Shown: positions 1-7,757 of the stretch, piece after piece | Layout of the letters: each line of letters opens with the position of its first letter | How positions within the stretch are numbered: position 1 is the stretch's first letter | DNA from: Candidatus Micrarchaeota archaeon | GTDB lineage: Archaea > Micrarchaeota > Micrarchaeia > Anstonellales > Bilamarchaeaceae | NCBI GenBank assembly: GCA_029557835.1 | Contig: JAKQHW010000011.1 | Location: forward strand, 1 to 51,414 | DNA: 51,414 nt | Direction: 5' to 3' | Position numbers and translations under genes: made by a program | The notes under the pieces: generated by a model | Told to the model about the DNA's origin: nothing | The model's database searches: none | What the model saw: only the letters and a program-made list of their open reading frames with translations

Positions 1-468
1 ACCATAAGGTCCGCGGTTCCGCTGCGCAGGTTTTGTAGCCGCCTCGGGGAGTATGCGGGGCAGAGGATTGCGCTGGTGTTCGGGAGGGAAGGGATAGGGC
101 TGAATGAGAAGGAGATAGGGGTGTGCGACATCCTGGTGCACGCGGAAGCGGACCGGAGGTATCCCATCCTCAACATAAGCCATGCGATGGCGGTGGTGCT
201 CTATTCGGTGAGGGCGGGGGGCGGAAAGTCCGGGAAATGCGCGGAGGAGAGAATCAGGGGGGCGGAAAGGCGGGCGCTCACGCATATGTTTAATAAGATG
301 GCGGGGAGATATAGGGTGCGTAATCCGGGGAGGTGCCGGGCGGCCTTTGCAAGGGTGCTCGGAAGGGCGAACCCGACGATGGCGGAGGGGCAGTGCCTTC
401 TCAACGTCTTCCGGCTTGTGCTAGAAGAGCTGGGTGGTAAGGATGGCAAGGAAAATCACGCTCAATGA
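1..468 (+). CDS. SpoU/TrmH-superfamily RNA 2'-O-methyltransferase, C-terminal part (TrmJ-like); 5' end outside window
   Basis: Frame 1 is open from the window edge. ALVFGREGIGLNEKEI...YPILNISHAMAVVLY matches SpoU motifs 2-3. The helical C-terminal extension resembles the TrmJ tail. Confidence 0.6.
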   Translation, partial: TIRSAVPLRRFCSRLGEYAGQRIALVFGREGIGLNEKEIGVCDILVHAEADRRYPILNISHAMAVVLYSVRAGGGKSGKCAEERIRGAERRALTHMFNKMAGRYRVRNPGRCRAAFARVLGRANPTMAEGQCLLNVFRLVLEELGGKDGKENHAQ

Positions 469-1651
469 AATGATATCCCTCACTTTCGACGCGAATCCGC
501 AGATAAGGAAGCAGGCCGCGGCAGAGCTGGCGAGGTACGACGACCCGGCGGCGAATTTCGCGCTCCTGGAGCTCACATACGACAAGGATTCCAGCGTGAG
601 CTCGCTTGCGAGGAAGCTTCTGGACGACAGGAAGGCGTCCCAGCCCGAGCTGATGTCCTTCGCCGAGGTCTTCAGGAACGGGGCGGAGGAAAAAGAGGAG
701 GGGAAGAAGAGCGTGGAGGAGGAGCGCAAGGCGGAGACCGCAAGGGAGAAGATGCTGAGGCCGATCCAGCAGCTCATGGAGAGGAAGCTGGGGAAGGAGA
801 AGGCCAACGCGATGAGAAGCAGGATGATGCCCACGATAGAGAAGATATATATGAAAACCATGGGCAAGAACGGCCAGGTGAACGAGCAGAAGGGGAAGGC
901 CGTGCAGGAGATGCTTACCGATTACCTGGACGTGATCTCAGGGGCGGAGACGCATGTGATAACGGATGAGGGGGAGGGGAAGGCTCCCAGCCCGGAGATG
1001 CCGGATGGGGGGCCGGAGGAAGCGCCCGGGGAGGAGCTGCAGCCGGAACCGCATGGGGAGCTGGGGCTGCAGAGCGTAGGGACCAAGGAGCTGGACATGG
1101 GCAGGGCGGCGATAGAGCTGGAGGAGATTTCAAGCGAGCCTGAGACCCCGGATGCAATTGAGGCGCAGGAGGTGAGGGAAAGCAGGGAAGAGAGGGGGAG
1201 CGTTTTCCGGCTTGCGTACGAAACGATGATGGCGTCCGAAGGCGACGAGGACGTAATGAAGAGGGCGATGCAAAACATGCTCAGGAGCGCGGAGGAGGAG
1301 ATAAAGCTCGCGTTCAGGGTGGCCAAGGAAAGGCACAAGCAGATGAACATCACCCACCTCACGGAGCTGAAAAGCGGCATGAGGAACATAACCACCGTGC
1401 CCCTCGCCGTGAAGGCGGTGGAGCAGAGGGAGTACCAGAAGAGCAAGAAGGTGAAGGACAACTTCACGAGGCTGGTTGTGGCGGACGATGAGGGGAGCGA
1501 AGGGGTAATCTACTTATTCGACAACAGGGGCGCCCTGGTGAGGGAGGGGATGCGCATAAAGATAGAGAAGGGGTACGCGAAGACCTTCGGGTTCTCGGGC
1601 GAGACGGCGCTTTCCATAACGAAGAAGGGGAGCGCTCATATAATCCTTTGA
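443..1651 (+). CDS. hypothetical protein: N-terminal HEAT-like repeat, acidic low-complexity centre, C-terminal OB-fold-like domain
   Basis: The ORF spans 434..1651 and the first ATG is at 443. NPQIRKQAAAELARYDDPAA..LLELTYDKDSSV is HEAT-like. The C-terminus TRLVVADDEGSEGVIYLFDNRGALVREGMRIKIEKGY looks like an RPA-type OB fold. I recognise no family. Confidence 0.5.
   Translation: MARKITLNEMISLTFDANPQIRKQAAAELARYDDPAANFALLELTYDKDSSVSSLARKLLDDRKASQPELMSFAEVFRNGAEEKEEGKKSVEEERKAETAREKMLRPIQQLMERKLGKEKANAMRSRMMPTIEKIYMKTMGKNGQVNEQKGKAVQEMLTDYLDVISGAETHVITDEGEGKAPSPEMPDGGPEEAPGEELQPEPHGELGLQSVGTKELDMGRAAIELEEISSEPETPDAIEAQEVRESREERGSVFRLAYETMMASEGDEDVMKRAMQNMLRSAEEEIKLAFRVAKERHKQMNITHLTELKSGMRNITTVPLAVKAVEQREYQKSKKVKDNFTRLVVADDEGSEGVIYLFDNRGALVREGMRIKIEKGYAKTFGFSGETALSITKKGSAHIIL
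1627..1651 (+). repeat. direct repeat copy 1 (25 nt, GGGGAGCGCTCATATAATCCTTTGA)
   Basis: It matches 1814-1838 at 23 of 25 positions. It covers the last codons and stop of the 443..1651 gene. Confidence 0.85.
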
Positions 1652-1660
1652 TGGTTCAAA

Positions 1661-1813
1661 GGAATGTGCTAAGTGCGCGCAAAGGGCTACAAAGCGAAGT
1701 GGAGGGGGGTCAGAATGACCGGTAAAAATGGGGGGGTTCGGTCGACGCCCCGTTGCAGGGAATTGCAGCGAAGAGGGGTGGAGAGCGAATTAGCTTCCCC
1801 CGCGTTTTCTCGA
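1661..1813 (+). other. tRNA-less copy (X) of the tRNA-proximal noncoding module family
   Basis: AGTGCGCGCAAAGGGCTACAAAGCGAAGTGGA matches 35863-35894 at 25 of 32 positions. It is followed by a G-run, the mini-hairpin GGTCA-GAA-TGACC (1708-1720), TAAAAAT, a G7 run (1730-1736), a ~60-nt insert and a C5 run (1797-1801). No credible ORF is present. Confidence 0.45.
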
Positions 1814-1838
1814 GGGGAGCGCTCACATAATCCTCTGA
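1814..1838 (+). repeat. direct repeat copy 2 (GGGGAGCGCTCACATAATCCTCTGA)
   Basis: It pairs with 1627-1651. On the minus strand it encodes the last codons and stop (..SAQRIM*) of the 1823..2422 gene. Confidence 0.85.
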
Positions 1839-2422
1839 GCGCTTATGCAGTAGAGGATTTCGAAAAAGAACGGCCTCTGCTCAAGGATTGATGCCGAGAA
1901 GCCCTGCGATTGGAGGGAGGAAAGCGTTTTTTCGGGCGAGTTGAGCGAGCTCTGGATGAGGATTAGCGTGCCGCGGGGCGCAAGGTGGGCCTGGAATTCG
2001 TTTAGGAAACGGCCCAGGGTTTCCCTTCCGTCCTCCCCGCCGTCGAATGCGCGGTTGAGGGGGCCGCTTATGCGCTCCTCGGCGGAGGTCGGGAGATAGG
2101 GCGGGTTGAACAGGATTGCGTCGAATTTCCCCCTTATGTTGGAGAAAAGGTCAGATTGGACGAACAGGATGTTCCGGGCGCCGTTGGATTCCGCGTTCTT
2201 CCTGGCGCACTCGAGGGCCGTGGGGCTTGTGTCCGTTGCGAAGACCGGGTTTGAAGGGTTGGTTTTTGCATTGAGGATTGCGGCGAGGCCCGAGCCGGTG
2301 CCGATTTCGAGTATTTTGCCCTTTAAATTGCGGGAGTGGAAGGCCAGCAGCTCGGAATCCTCCGCAGGCTCGTATACATCGGAAGTGACGGATACGGAAA
2401 CACCCAGGAACTCATGGCTCAT
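1823..2422 (-). CDS. HemK/Mtq2-family N5-glutamine (release factor) methyltransferase
   Basis: It has the SAM motif ILEIGTGSGL and the NPPY motif (ILFNPPYLP). The ~200 aa size is typical of archaeal HemK-related methylases. Its start overlaps the stop of the upstream gene (TAATG). Confidence 0.75.
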   Translation of the reverse strand: MSHEFLGVSVSVTSDVYEPAEDSELLAFHSRNLKGKILEIGTGSGLAAILNAKTNPSNPVFATDTSPTALECARKNAESNGARNILFVQSDLFSNIRGKFDAILFNPPYLPTSAEERISGPLNRAFDGGEDGRETLGRFLNEFQAHLAPRGTLILIQSSLNSPEKTLSSLQSQGFSASILEQRPFFFEILYCISAQRIM

Positions 2423-3870
2423 TATCCTGTTTCACCGTTGCCTGCGCAGGGCCTTGGCCTGGCCATAAAATCTTGCCTGAACTGCTCCAGCCTGGACATG
2501 AAATCCTCGCACTGCCCTTGAAGGTGTGAGCATAGCGCCTTCAGCTGGGGGTCGTCGAAATGGATGCTCCCTATGGAGGCGAGGTCAATGCTGAGGATGG
2601 GCCTATCGTCCCTTATGAGGTGGACGCGGCGGTTCCCCTGGTCGAAGGACGTCCTGTAGGGGCTGAACTGGTCGTCGCGCCTGCACCCCACCACGCGGAA
2701 CACCTTCTCGCTCGCGGCAAGGCCGGGAGGGAGGTAACTTTCCATAGGCAGTATGGTGTATTCCCGGAAAATCGAGCGGAGATGGCCGAGGTAGTCTTTT
2801 CCGTCGTCGGGGAGGCCTATCTCGAGCCAGCCGAGCATGAGGAGATGTTTCGGGTCGGCGCCATAGACGTTTATCTGGCCGAAGCGCGGGGCGTGCACCC
2901 CCTCCAGCCCCTGCCTCACCAGCACCTCCCGCGGAGGGCACCTGGAGACCCAGCTGTCCGGGGCGCTGGCGATCGCGTCGCGGGGCACCTCGAAGCCCAG
3001 CTCGTTCTCTATGTAGCCGACGAGCCAGTCAATGTCCTCGCTTGCGAGCATGCGAGAGAGCACGGCCATTGTGTTGTTCACTATGAGGCGGGCGTTCCTC
3101 TGCCGCTTCTCCGGCCGGACGTTCTTGAGGGTGTGCAGGTTGTCGAGGTTGTCCGCAGACTTTATCACCCAGGCGCTCGTGTTCCCTGATACGTAATAGA
3201 GGCGGCGGTAGTAGCTGTATCCCCTCCTGTCGTACATGGAACGCTCGTAGCTGTCCTGCGTTGGGTAATAGGATTCTGAATCCGGGTATATCCATTCCTT
3301 TCCGTCCCATTTGGGCTTGGTGAGCCACAATACCATATCTGAGACGGGCGCCCCGAAATTCTCCCGTATCTCCTCAAGGCGTACCCCGAAATCCTCGATG
3401 GAGTCGTGGAGCATCGCCGCGGTGACCTGCTGCTGGTCCTCCTGCCTGCCCCTGCCAACCACCGCAATGCGGTATGCGACGCGCATGGCGTGCTGCATGT
3501 AGGCGGAGCCGTCGTCCCTCACAAATATGGAACCGGTTCTTGGGTTTGGGCGGGTGCGATGGAGAAGGGACAGGAATTCGTGGGCGGCTTCCAGCCGCTT
3601 TATCTGGCCCATGCCGAGGCTGCCATGCCTGGCGAATTCCCGCACAATCTGTTCCATGGAAACGTCATCAGGAGGGTGGAAAAAGCTGGTTGGCACGCGC
3701 TTGGCCGTGCATATCCCCTCAAAAAGGAGGGGTGCGCGGGACAGCCCGGAGGCCCCATCGGAAACTGTGGTGCCCAGCTGGCGCAAGCCGCGGGCTGGGG
3801 TGTCCCTTTCGCACAAGAGGTCGAGCTGCGTGCCCCTCATCGGGGGCGTCGGTTTCCTGTCTGGAGGCAT
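2422..3870 (-). CDS. HD-domain protein, RelA/SpoT (Mesh1)-type hydrolase domain plus unknown ~190-aa C-terminal domain
   Basis: QHAMRVAY..., AAMLHDSIEDFG and VIKSADNLDNLHTL match the H / HD / D motifs of SpoT-type (p)ppGpp hydrolase domains. A Tyr/Arg-rich insertion is present, and I do not recognise the C-terminal half. Confidence 0.65.
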   Translation of the reverse strand: MPPDRKPTPPMRGTQLDLLCERDTPARGLRQLGTTVSDGASGLSRAPLLFEGICTAKRVPTSFFHPPDDVSMEQIVREFARHGSLGMGQIKRLEAAHEFLSLLHRTRPNPRTGSIFVRDDGSAYMQHAMRVAYRIAVVGRGRQEDQQQVTAAMLHDSIEDFGVRLEEIRENFGAPVSDMVLWLTKPKWDGKEWIYPDSESYYPTQDSYERSMYDRRGYSYYRRLYYVSGNTSAWVIKSADNLDNLHTLKNVRPEKRQRNARLIVNNTMAVLSRMLASEDIDWLVGYIENELGFEVPRDAIASAPDSWVSRCPPREVLVRQGLEGVHAPRFGQINVYGADPKHLLMLGWLEIGLPDDGKDYLGHLRSIFREYTILPMESYLPPGLAASEKVFRVVGCRRDDQFSPYRTSFDQGNRRVHLIRDDRPILSIDLASIGSIHFDDPQLKALCSHLQGQCEDFMSRLEQFRQDFMARPRPCAGNGETG

Positions 3871-3966
3871 AATAATGGTAAATAGGCGCAGAAAAAGTAT
3901 TTAAACGTTGGGTTTTGTGGGAAAGTGAATGTTTGGGAATACATAAATGAAGGTTTTTTGCACTTG

Positions 3967-4401
3967 CTAGCGGATGACCAGCTGCTTCCCCTTCTTTTTC
4001 TGCCCTGATTTTATCCTCATGCGTATCTCAAGGACGCCGTTCTCGTATTTCGCCCTGGCGGAAGAGGGGTCCACCTCCTCGGGGAGGGCAAGCTCGCGGG
4101 AAAATGCGGAGAGGAGGCGCTCCTTCCTGTAGAAGCCCTTCCCCTTCTCCCCCTTCTCTTCCTTCCTCCCGCCCGAGATGCGCACGCGGTTGTCGTGCAG
4201 GTCCACCCGGATGTCCTCCTTGCTGAGGCCGGGCATCTCCACCGAGAGGACCAGCTCGTTCCTCTCCTTCCTGAGGTCGGCGGGCGGGGTGCGTGCCCCG
4301 GCGGTGAAGAAATCGAACTCTTTTCCGAAAAGGTCAGGGAACTCCCAGTAAAGCCGCTTCCGCATCCTCTTCAGCTTCTCGTATGGGTCCGGGACGAACA
4401 T
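3967..4401 (-). CDS. small heat shock protein, Hsp20/alpha-crystallin family
   Basis: The alpha-crystallin core is LVLSVEMPGLSKEDIRVDLHDNRVRISG...AKYENGVLEIRM. Confidence 0.85.
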   Translation of the reverse strand: MFVPDPYEKLKRMRKRLYWEFPDLFGKEFDFFTAGARTPPADLRKERNELVLSVEMPGLSKEDIRVDLHDNRVRISGGRKEEKGEKGKGFYRKERLLSAFSRELALPEEVDPSSARAKYENGVLEIRMRIKSGQKKKGKQLVIR

Positions 4402-4617
4402 CTACTGGTCAACCCTCTCCGCGACCCCGAAGGTCCTCTTGAGGGAGGTTATCTTCACCTTCAGGGTTTCGCCTTTCTGCGCGTTCGGGACGAATATCAC
4501 GAAGCCGTTCAGCTTCGCCATCCCGTCGCCTTTTCCGCCAACCGACTCGATGGTGACTTCCAGCACGTCGCCCTCTTTGACGGGCTTTGGAAGGTCTATT
4601 CCCTTGCTCTCTTCCAC
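4402..4617 (-). CDS. TRAM-domain RNA-binding protein
   Basis: This 71-aa protein contains EGDVLEVTIESVGGKGDGMAKLNGFVIFVPNAQKGETLKVKI, typical of stand-alone archaeal TRAM proteins. It abuts the Hsp20 gene. Confidence 0.75.
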   Translation of the reverse strand: MEESKGIDLPKPVKEGDVLEVTIESVGGKGDGMAKLNGFVIFVPNAQKGETLKVKITSLKRTFGVAERVDQ

Positions 4618-4690
4618 TTGCTCACCCGCTTTTTGGATGGGAAGCTAAAAATTAAATAGATATGCGGAGGACTAGGACTGGGCGATTGGC

Positions 4691-5251
4691 ATGGCAGGCA
4701 ACAAAAGGAGGAGGCCGTTCGGGTTCTTCGGTTTTGACGATGAGGGGTTCGGGTTCGGCGGCGAGTTTGAGCGCATGCGCGAGGAGATGGAGGAGATGAT
4801 GGAGAGGATGATGCAGGGCATGCCGCGTGACAGGGTGAGGCGGCTCTCGGAGATGAGGGGGCCGCAGGTTTACGGTTTTTCGGTGAGGGTCGGGCCGGAC
4901 GGGAAGCCGGTTGTGACGGAGTTCGGGAACGTTAAGAGGGAAAGGGGGCTGGAGCCCCAGGGCGAAATGGCCGGGGTGGAGGAATGCAAGGGAGCGGAGA
5001 AGGGGCAGGAAGGCGGGGAGAGGGAGCCGCTCGTGGATGTGTTCAAGGACAGGAAGGGAGTGAACGTGATTGCGGAGATGCCCGGTGTTGGCGAGAATGA
5101 AGTGCGGCTGGGCGTGAACGGGAAGGAGCTGGAGATAAGGGCTGAGGGGGCGAGGAAATACTACAGGAAGGTGGAGTTGCCCGAGGACGTCTCAAAGAAG
5201 AAGATGGAGAAGAAATACAGGAACGGGGTATTGGAGCTCGTTTTCTCCTAG
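4691..5251 (+). CDS. small heat shock protein, Hsp20 family (long N-terminal Met/Glu-rich arm)
   Basis: The C-terminal alpha-crystallin domain is VDVFKDRKGVNVIAEMPGVGENEV...KKYRNGVLELVF. It is divergent from the TRAM-Hsp20 pair. Confidence 0.8.
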   Translation: MAGNKRRRPFGFFGFDDEGFGFGGEFERMREEMEEMMERMMQGMPRDRVRRLSEMRGPQVYGFSVRVGPDGKPVVTEFGNVKRERGLEPQGEMAGVEECKGAEKGQEGGEREPLVDVFKDRKGVNVIAEMPGVGENEVRLGVNGKELEIRAEGARKYYRKVELPEDVSKKKMEKKYRNGVLELVFS

Positions 5252-5556
5252 CCGGTTTCCTTGTAGGCCCATTTCCTGTATTCCTTGCTCACTTTCGAGG
5301 CAGGGATGCCCATTATCTCAGGGCAGGAGTGGGGGTGGTTCTTCTTTATGAAGGATTCCAGCTTGGGATAGGATGCCTTGCGGGCCTTTATGATGAGGAT
5401 GAACTCGCTGTCCCTGCGGATTTTTCCCTCCCACCGGTACGTCGAGCGCTCGGTGCGGATGATTGTGCAGCAGGCGGCGAGCCTTGCTTCCAGGAGCTTG
5501 GAGGACAGGGACTCGGCGGCCATGAAGGAGGGCAGGGTCGTGAACGCGATTATCAT
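5248..5556 (-). CDS. cutA: CutA divalent-cation tolerance protein
   Basis: LAACCTII...STYRWEGKI..EFILIIKA...HPHSCPEI matches the CutA1 pattern in a 102-aa protein. Confidence 0.8.
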   Translation of the reverse strand: MIIAFTTLPSFMAAESLSSKLLEARLAACCTIIRTERSTYRWEGKIRRDSEFILIIKARKASYPKLESFIKKNHPHSCPEIMGIPASKVSKEYRKWAYKETG

Positions 5557-5831
5557 TGCAATCCCAGCTGTTTTTTTGCCGCGGGGCTCATCCTTTCCGG
5601 GGTCCAGCGGGGCTCCCAGACGAACTGCACCTGCACGGATGAGATGCCCTTTAGCTCCCTGACCTTGGACTCAACGTCGTTAACGATGTAGCCGAGGAGG
5701 GGGCAGGCGGGCGTGGTGAAGGTCATCCTTACCCTCGCTTCCCCTTTTTCCACGTCCACTCCGTAAACAAGGCCAAGGTCCACTATGCTGACGCCCAGCT
5801 CGGGGTCGAGCACTTCCCTGAGCTTTTCCAT
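5553..5831 (-). CDS. DUF59/MIP18-family Fe-S assembly protein (SufT/PaaD-like)
   Basis: LDPELGVSIVDLGLVYGVDV...VRMTFTTPACPL is the DUF59 signature. I trimmed the start to the ATG at 5831 because the longer ORF runs into the TBP gene. The stop and the cutA start form an ATGA overlap. Confidence 0.75.
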   Translation of the reverse strand: MEKLREVLDPELGVSIVDLGLVYGVDVEKGEARVRMTFTTPACPLLGYIVNDVESKVRELKGISSVQVQFVWEPRWTPERMSPAAKKQLGLQ

Positions 5832-5854
5832 GACCTGGCTGGATGTCGGCGCGC

Positions 5855-6439
5855 TCACTCCTTCACCGTTGAGAATGGCCTGAGTATCTTCTTGGCCTTG
5901 GAAAGCGCGGCCTCTATGCTTTTCTCGTCTTTGGAGCCGGCGCATATCACCTTGCCGTTCTTGAAGAGCAGGAGGGACGCCCTCGGCTCCCGGAATTTCA
6001 GGATTGCGCCCGGGAACTGCTCTGGCTCGTATTCCACGTTCTCCACTTCGGAGGCGATGGTGTACAGGTCGAGCCCCATCCCCAGGTTCGCGGAGGCGAC
6101 TATGTTGGTTATCTCGAATTCTGGCCTCTTGGTCTTCTTGATTATCTTCTTGGCATAGGGGGTGAGGAGCTTCACGGTCTTGGAGATCGTCTCCGCAATC
6201 TTCTGCTCGCTCTTGCAGCCCACGCACACTATCTTCCCGTTCTTGAAAAGCAGTATCGTCGCCTTTGGGTCGTCATATTTCAGGATTGCGCCCGGGAACT
6301 GCTCTGGCTCGTACTCGACCTGCGGTATCTTGGTCGCAATGAGGAAAAGGTCAAGCTCGAGGCCGAGGTTTGAGGACGCTACGATATTGGTAATGGTGTA
6401 ATCAATCCCTTTGAGCTTCGGAGACAAGAAATCACCCAT
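5855..6439 (-). CDS. tbp: TATA-box binding protein
   Basis: There are two TBP repeats: ITNIVAS.NLG..LDL..IA....VEYEPEQFPGAILK....LLFKNGK.VC.G. TTTATAAA lies ~30 nt upstream of the ATG. Confidence 0.95.
   Translation of the reverse strand: MGDFLSPKLKGIDYTITNIVASSNLGLELDLFLIATKIPQVEYEPEQFPGAILKYDDPKATILLFKNGKIVCVGCKSEQKIAETISKTVKLLTPYAKKIIKKTKRPEFEITNIVASANLGMGLDLYTIASEVENVEYEPEQFPGAILKFREPRASLLLFKNGKVICAGSKDEKSIEAALSKAKKILRPFSTVKE
5995..6313. repeat. 37-nt perfect intragenic direct repeat within tbp (5995-6031 and 6277-6313)
   Basis: ATTTCAGGATTGCGCCCGGGAACTGCTCTGGCTCGTA occurs twice. On the minus strand it encodes YEPEQFPGAILK in both TBP repeats. Confidence 0.9.
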
Positions 6440-6559
6440 TTAAATATCCGGCAGCAACATTTATAAAGGGGTGCAAGAATATCCATAATCACGGATTCTG
6501 CCTTAACCAGTAGTGGCAGGCTTATAAATCCAAAAGCGGAAAACAAAAAAGGTGGGAAT

Positions 6560-6835
6560 GTGGCAAAGAATTCCAAGGGAATCATGGTCAGGAGGACCAA
6601 AAGGTTCAAGAAGGAGAGGAAGCTCACGGTCACCGACCGCGTGAAGACGTTCAGCAAGGGCGACAAGGTGGTGATATCGCTGCAGCCGTCCTTCACAGGG
6701 TTCCCGGCCCCGAGGTACGACGGGAGGCACGGGACCATTGTGGAAGGGAGGGGCAAATCATATGTGGTCGAGATAAGGGACATGAAGGCGAAGAAGCAGC
6801 TCATAGTCGCCCCTGTCCACCTGAGGCGGATGTAG
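6560..6835 (+). CDS. rpl21e: 50S ribosomal protein L21e (eL21)
   Basis: It has a GTG start. KGIMVRRTKRFKKERKLTV...GDKVVI...PRYDGRHGTIVE..GKSYVVEI is typical eL21. Confidence 0.9.
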   Translation: MAKNSKGIMVRRTKRFKKERKLTVTDRVKTFSKGDKVVISLQPSFTGFPAPRYDGRHGTIVEGRGKSYVVEIRDMKAKKQLIVAPVHLRRM

Positions 6836-7159
6836 ATGAGGATAACAAACACCAAGCCGGCGACAACCGCGGAGGTCCTCGAAATACTCAGGGAGAGGAA
6901 GGAGGCGGGCGAGGAGCTGGGATACGAGCAGGCGAACGCCCTGGAGCACGCGGAGAACTTCGCGAAATGCGAGGGCAAGAAGGCGGAGGGCATCCTGAAG
7001 AAGGTGAAGGCGGCGAGCCCGAAAATAGATGATGAGACCGCGGTGAAGATTGTAGACATCATGCCTGCGCACGAGAGCACGCTCAGGGCGGTGCTGCTCA
7101 AGAACAAGATAGAGATAAGCGATGAGGAGATGAAGGAAGTGCTCAAGGCACTGGGGTAG
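6836..7159 (+). CDS. rpoF: DNA-directed RNA polymerase subunit Rpo4 (RpoF)
   Basis: This 107-aa helical protein sits in the conserved archaeal eL21-RpoF-DUF655 gene order. Its start immediately follows the eL21 stop. Confidence 0.7.
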   Translation: MRITNTKPATTAEVLEILRERKEAGEELGYEQANALEHAENFAKCEGKKAEGILKKVKAASPKIDDETAVKIVDIMPAHESTLRAVLLKNKIEISDEEMKEVLKALG

Positions 7160-7164
7160 TCGGG

Positions 7165-7716
7165 ATGGAAGATTATGCATGGGTTGTGGAATACCTCCCA
7201 AGGGGGAGGGCGGTTGGCTCGCGGCAGGAGCCGATTGTCCAGCTTGTGGGGGACCAGTTCTTCACCCTTCTCGAGGCGACGGTAAAGCCGGACGCGAACA
7301 TAACCGTGGGCAGCAGGATATTTGTGGGCAAGGGGGACCGGGCGGAAGTGGACAGGATAAAGGGCAGGATAGAGTATTCCGAGCTCACCACCGGGGCGAA
7401 GGACATCGTCCCCATAGTGGTGAGGAAAATAATAGAGGGCAGGGAGGAAATCTTCATAAAGTTCATCAACAAGGCGGGGCCCATATCCATGAGGGTGCAC
7501 CAGCTGGACCTTATCCCGGGGATAGGGAAGAAGAACATGGAGCTGATACTGAAAGAAAGGGAGAAGAAGCCATTTGAGAATTTCGCGGACCTGAAGGCGA
7601 GGGCCCCCACGGTGGGGGACCCTGCCGCGGTGTTCGTGCACAGGATAGTTTCCGAGATGGAGGGGAAGGAGAGGTACTACATCTTCGTGAAGCCTCCGCA
7701 GCGGGCGCAGTACTAG
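7165..7716 (+). CDS. DUF655-family protein (OB fold + helix-hairpin-helix, putative RNA/nucleotide binding)
   Basis: The N-terminus YAWVVEYLPRGR and LIPGIGKKNMELILKER (HhH) match DUF655. It has conserved synteny downstream of rpoF. Confidence 0.75.
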   Translation: MEDYAWVVEYLPRGRAVGSRQEPIVQLVGDQFFTLLEATVKPDANITVGSRIFVGKGDRAEVDRIKGRIEYSELTTGAKDIVPIVVRKIIEGREEIFIKFINKAGPISMRVHQLDLIPGIGKKNMELILKEREKKPFENFADLKARAPTVGDPAAVFVHRIVSEMEGKERYYIFVKPPQRAQY

Positions 7717-7757
7717 CCCTTGTTTTTAATTCTTCAGTAATTTATTATCTATAGCCG

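Noticed and set aside
5832-6227. N-terminal extension of the DUF59 ORF (5553..6227)
   Set aside because: It overlaps tbp in another frame and is Arg/Gln/Glu-rich nonsense. DUF59 homology starts at the ATG at 5831.
6379-7641. 420-aa minus-strand ORF opposite eL21/rpoF/DUF655
   Set aside because: It is antisense to three well-supported, syntenic genes. Its translation is low-complexity (Leu/Pro/Ser/Phe-rich) with no motifs. This is a typical shadow ORF in GC-rich DNA.
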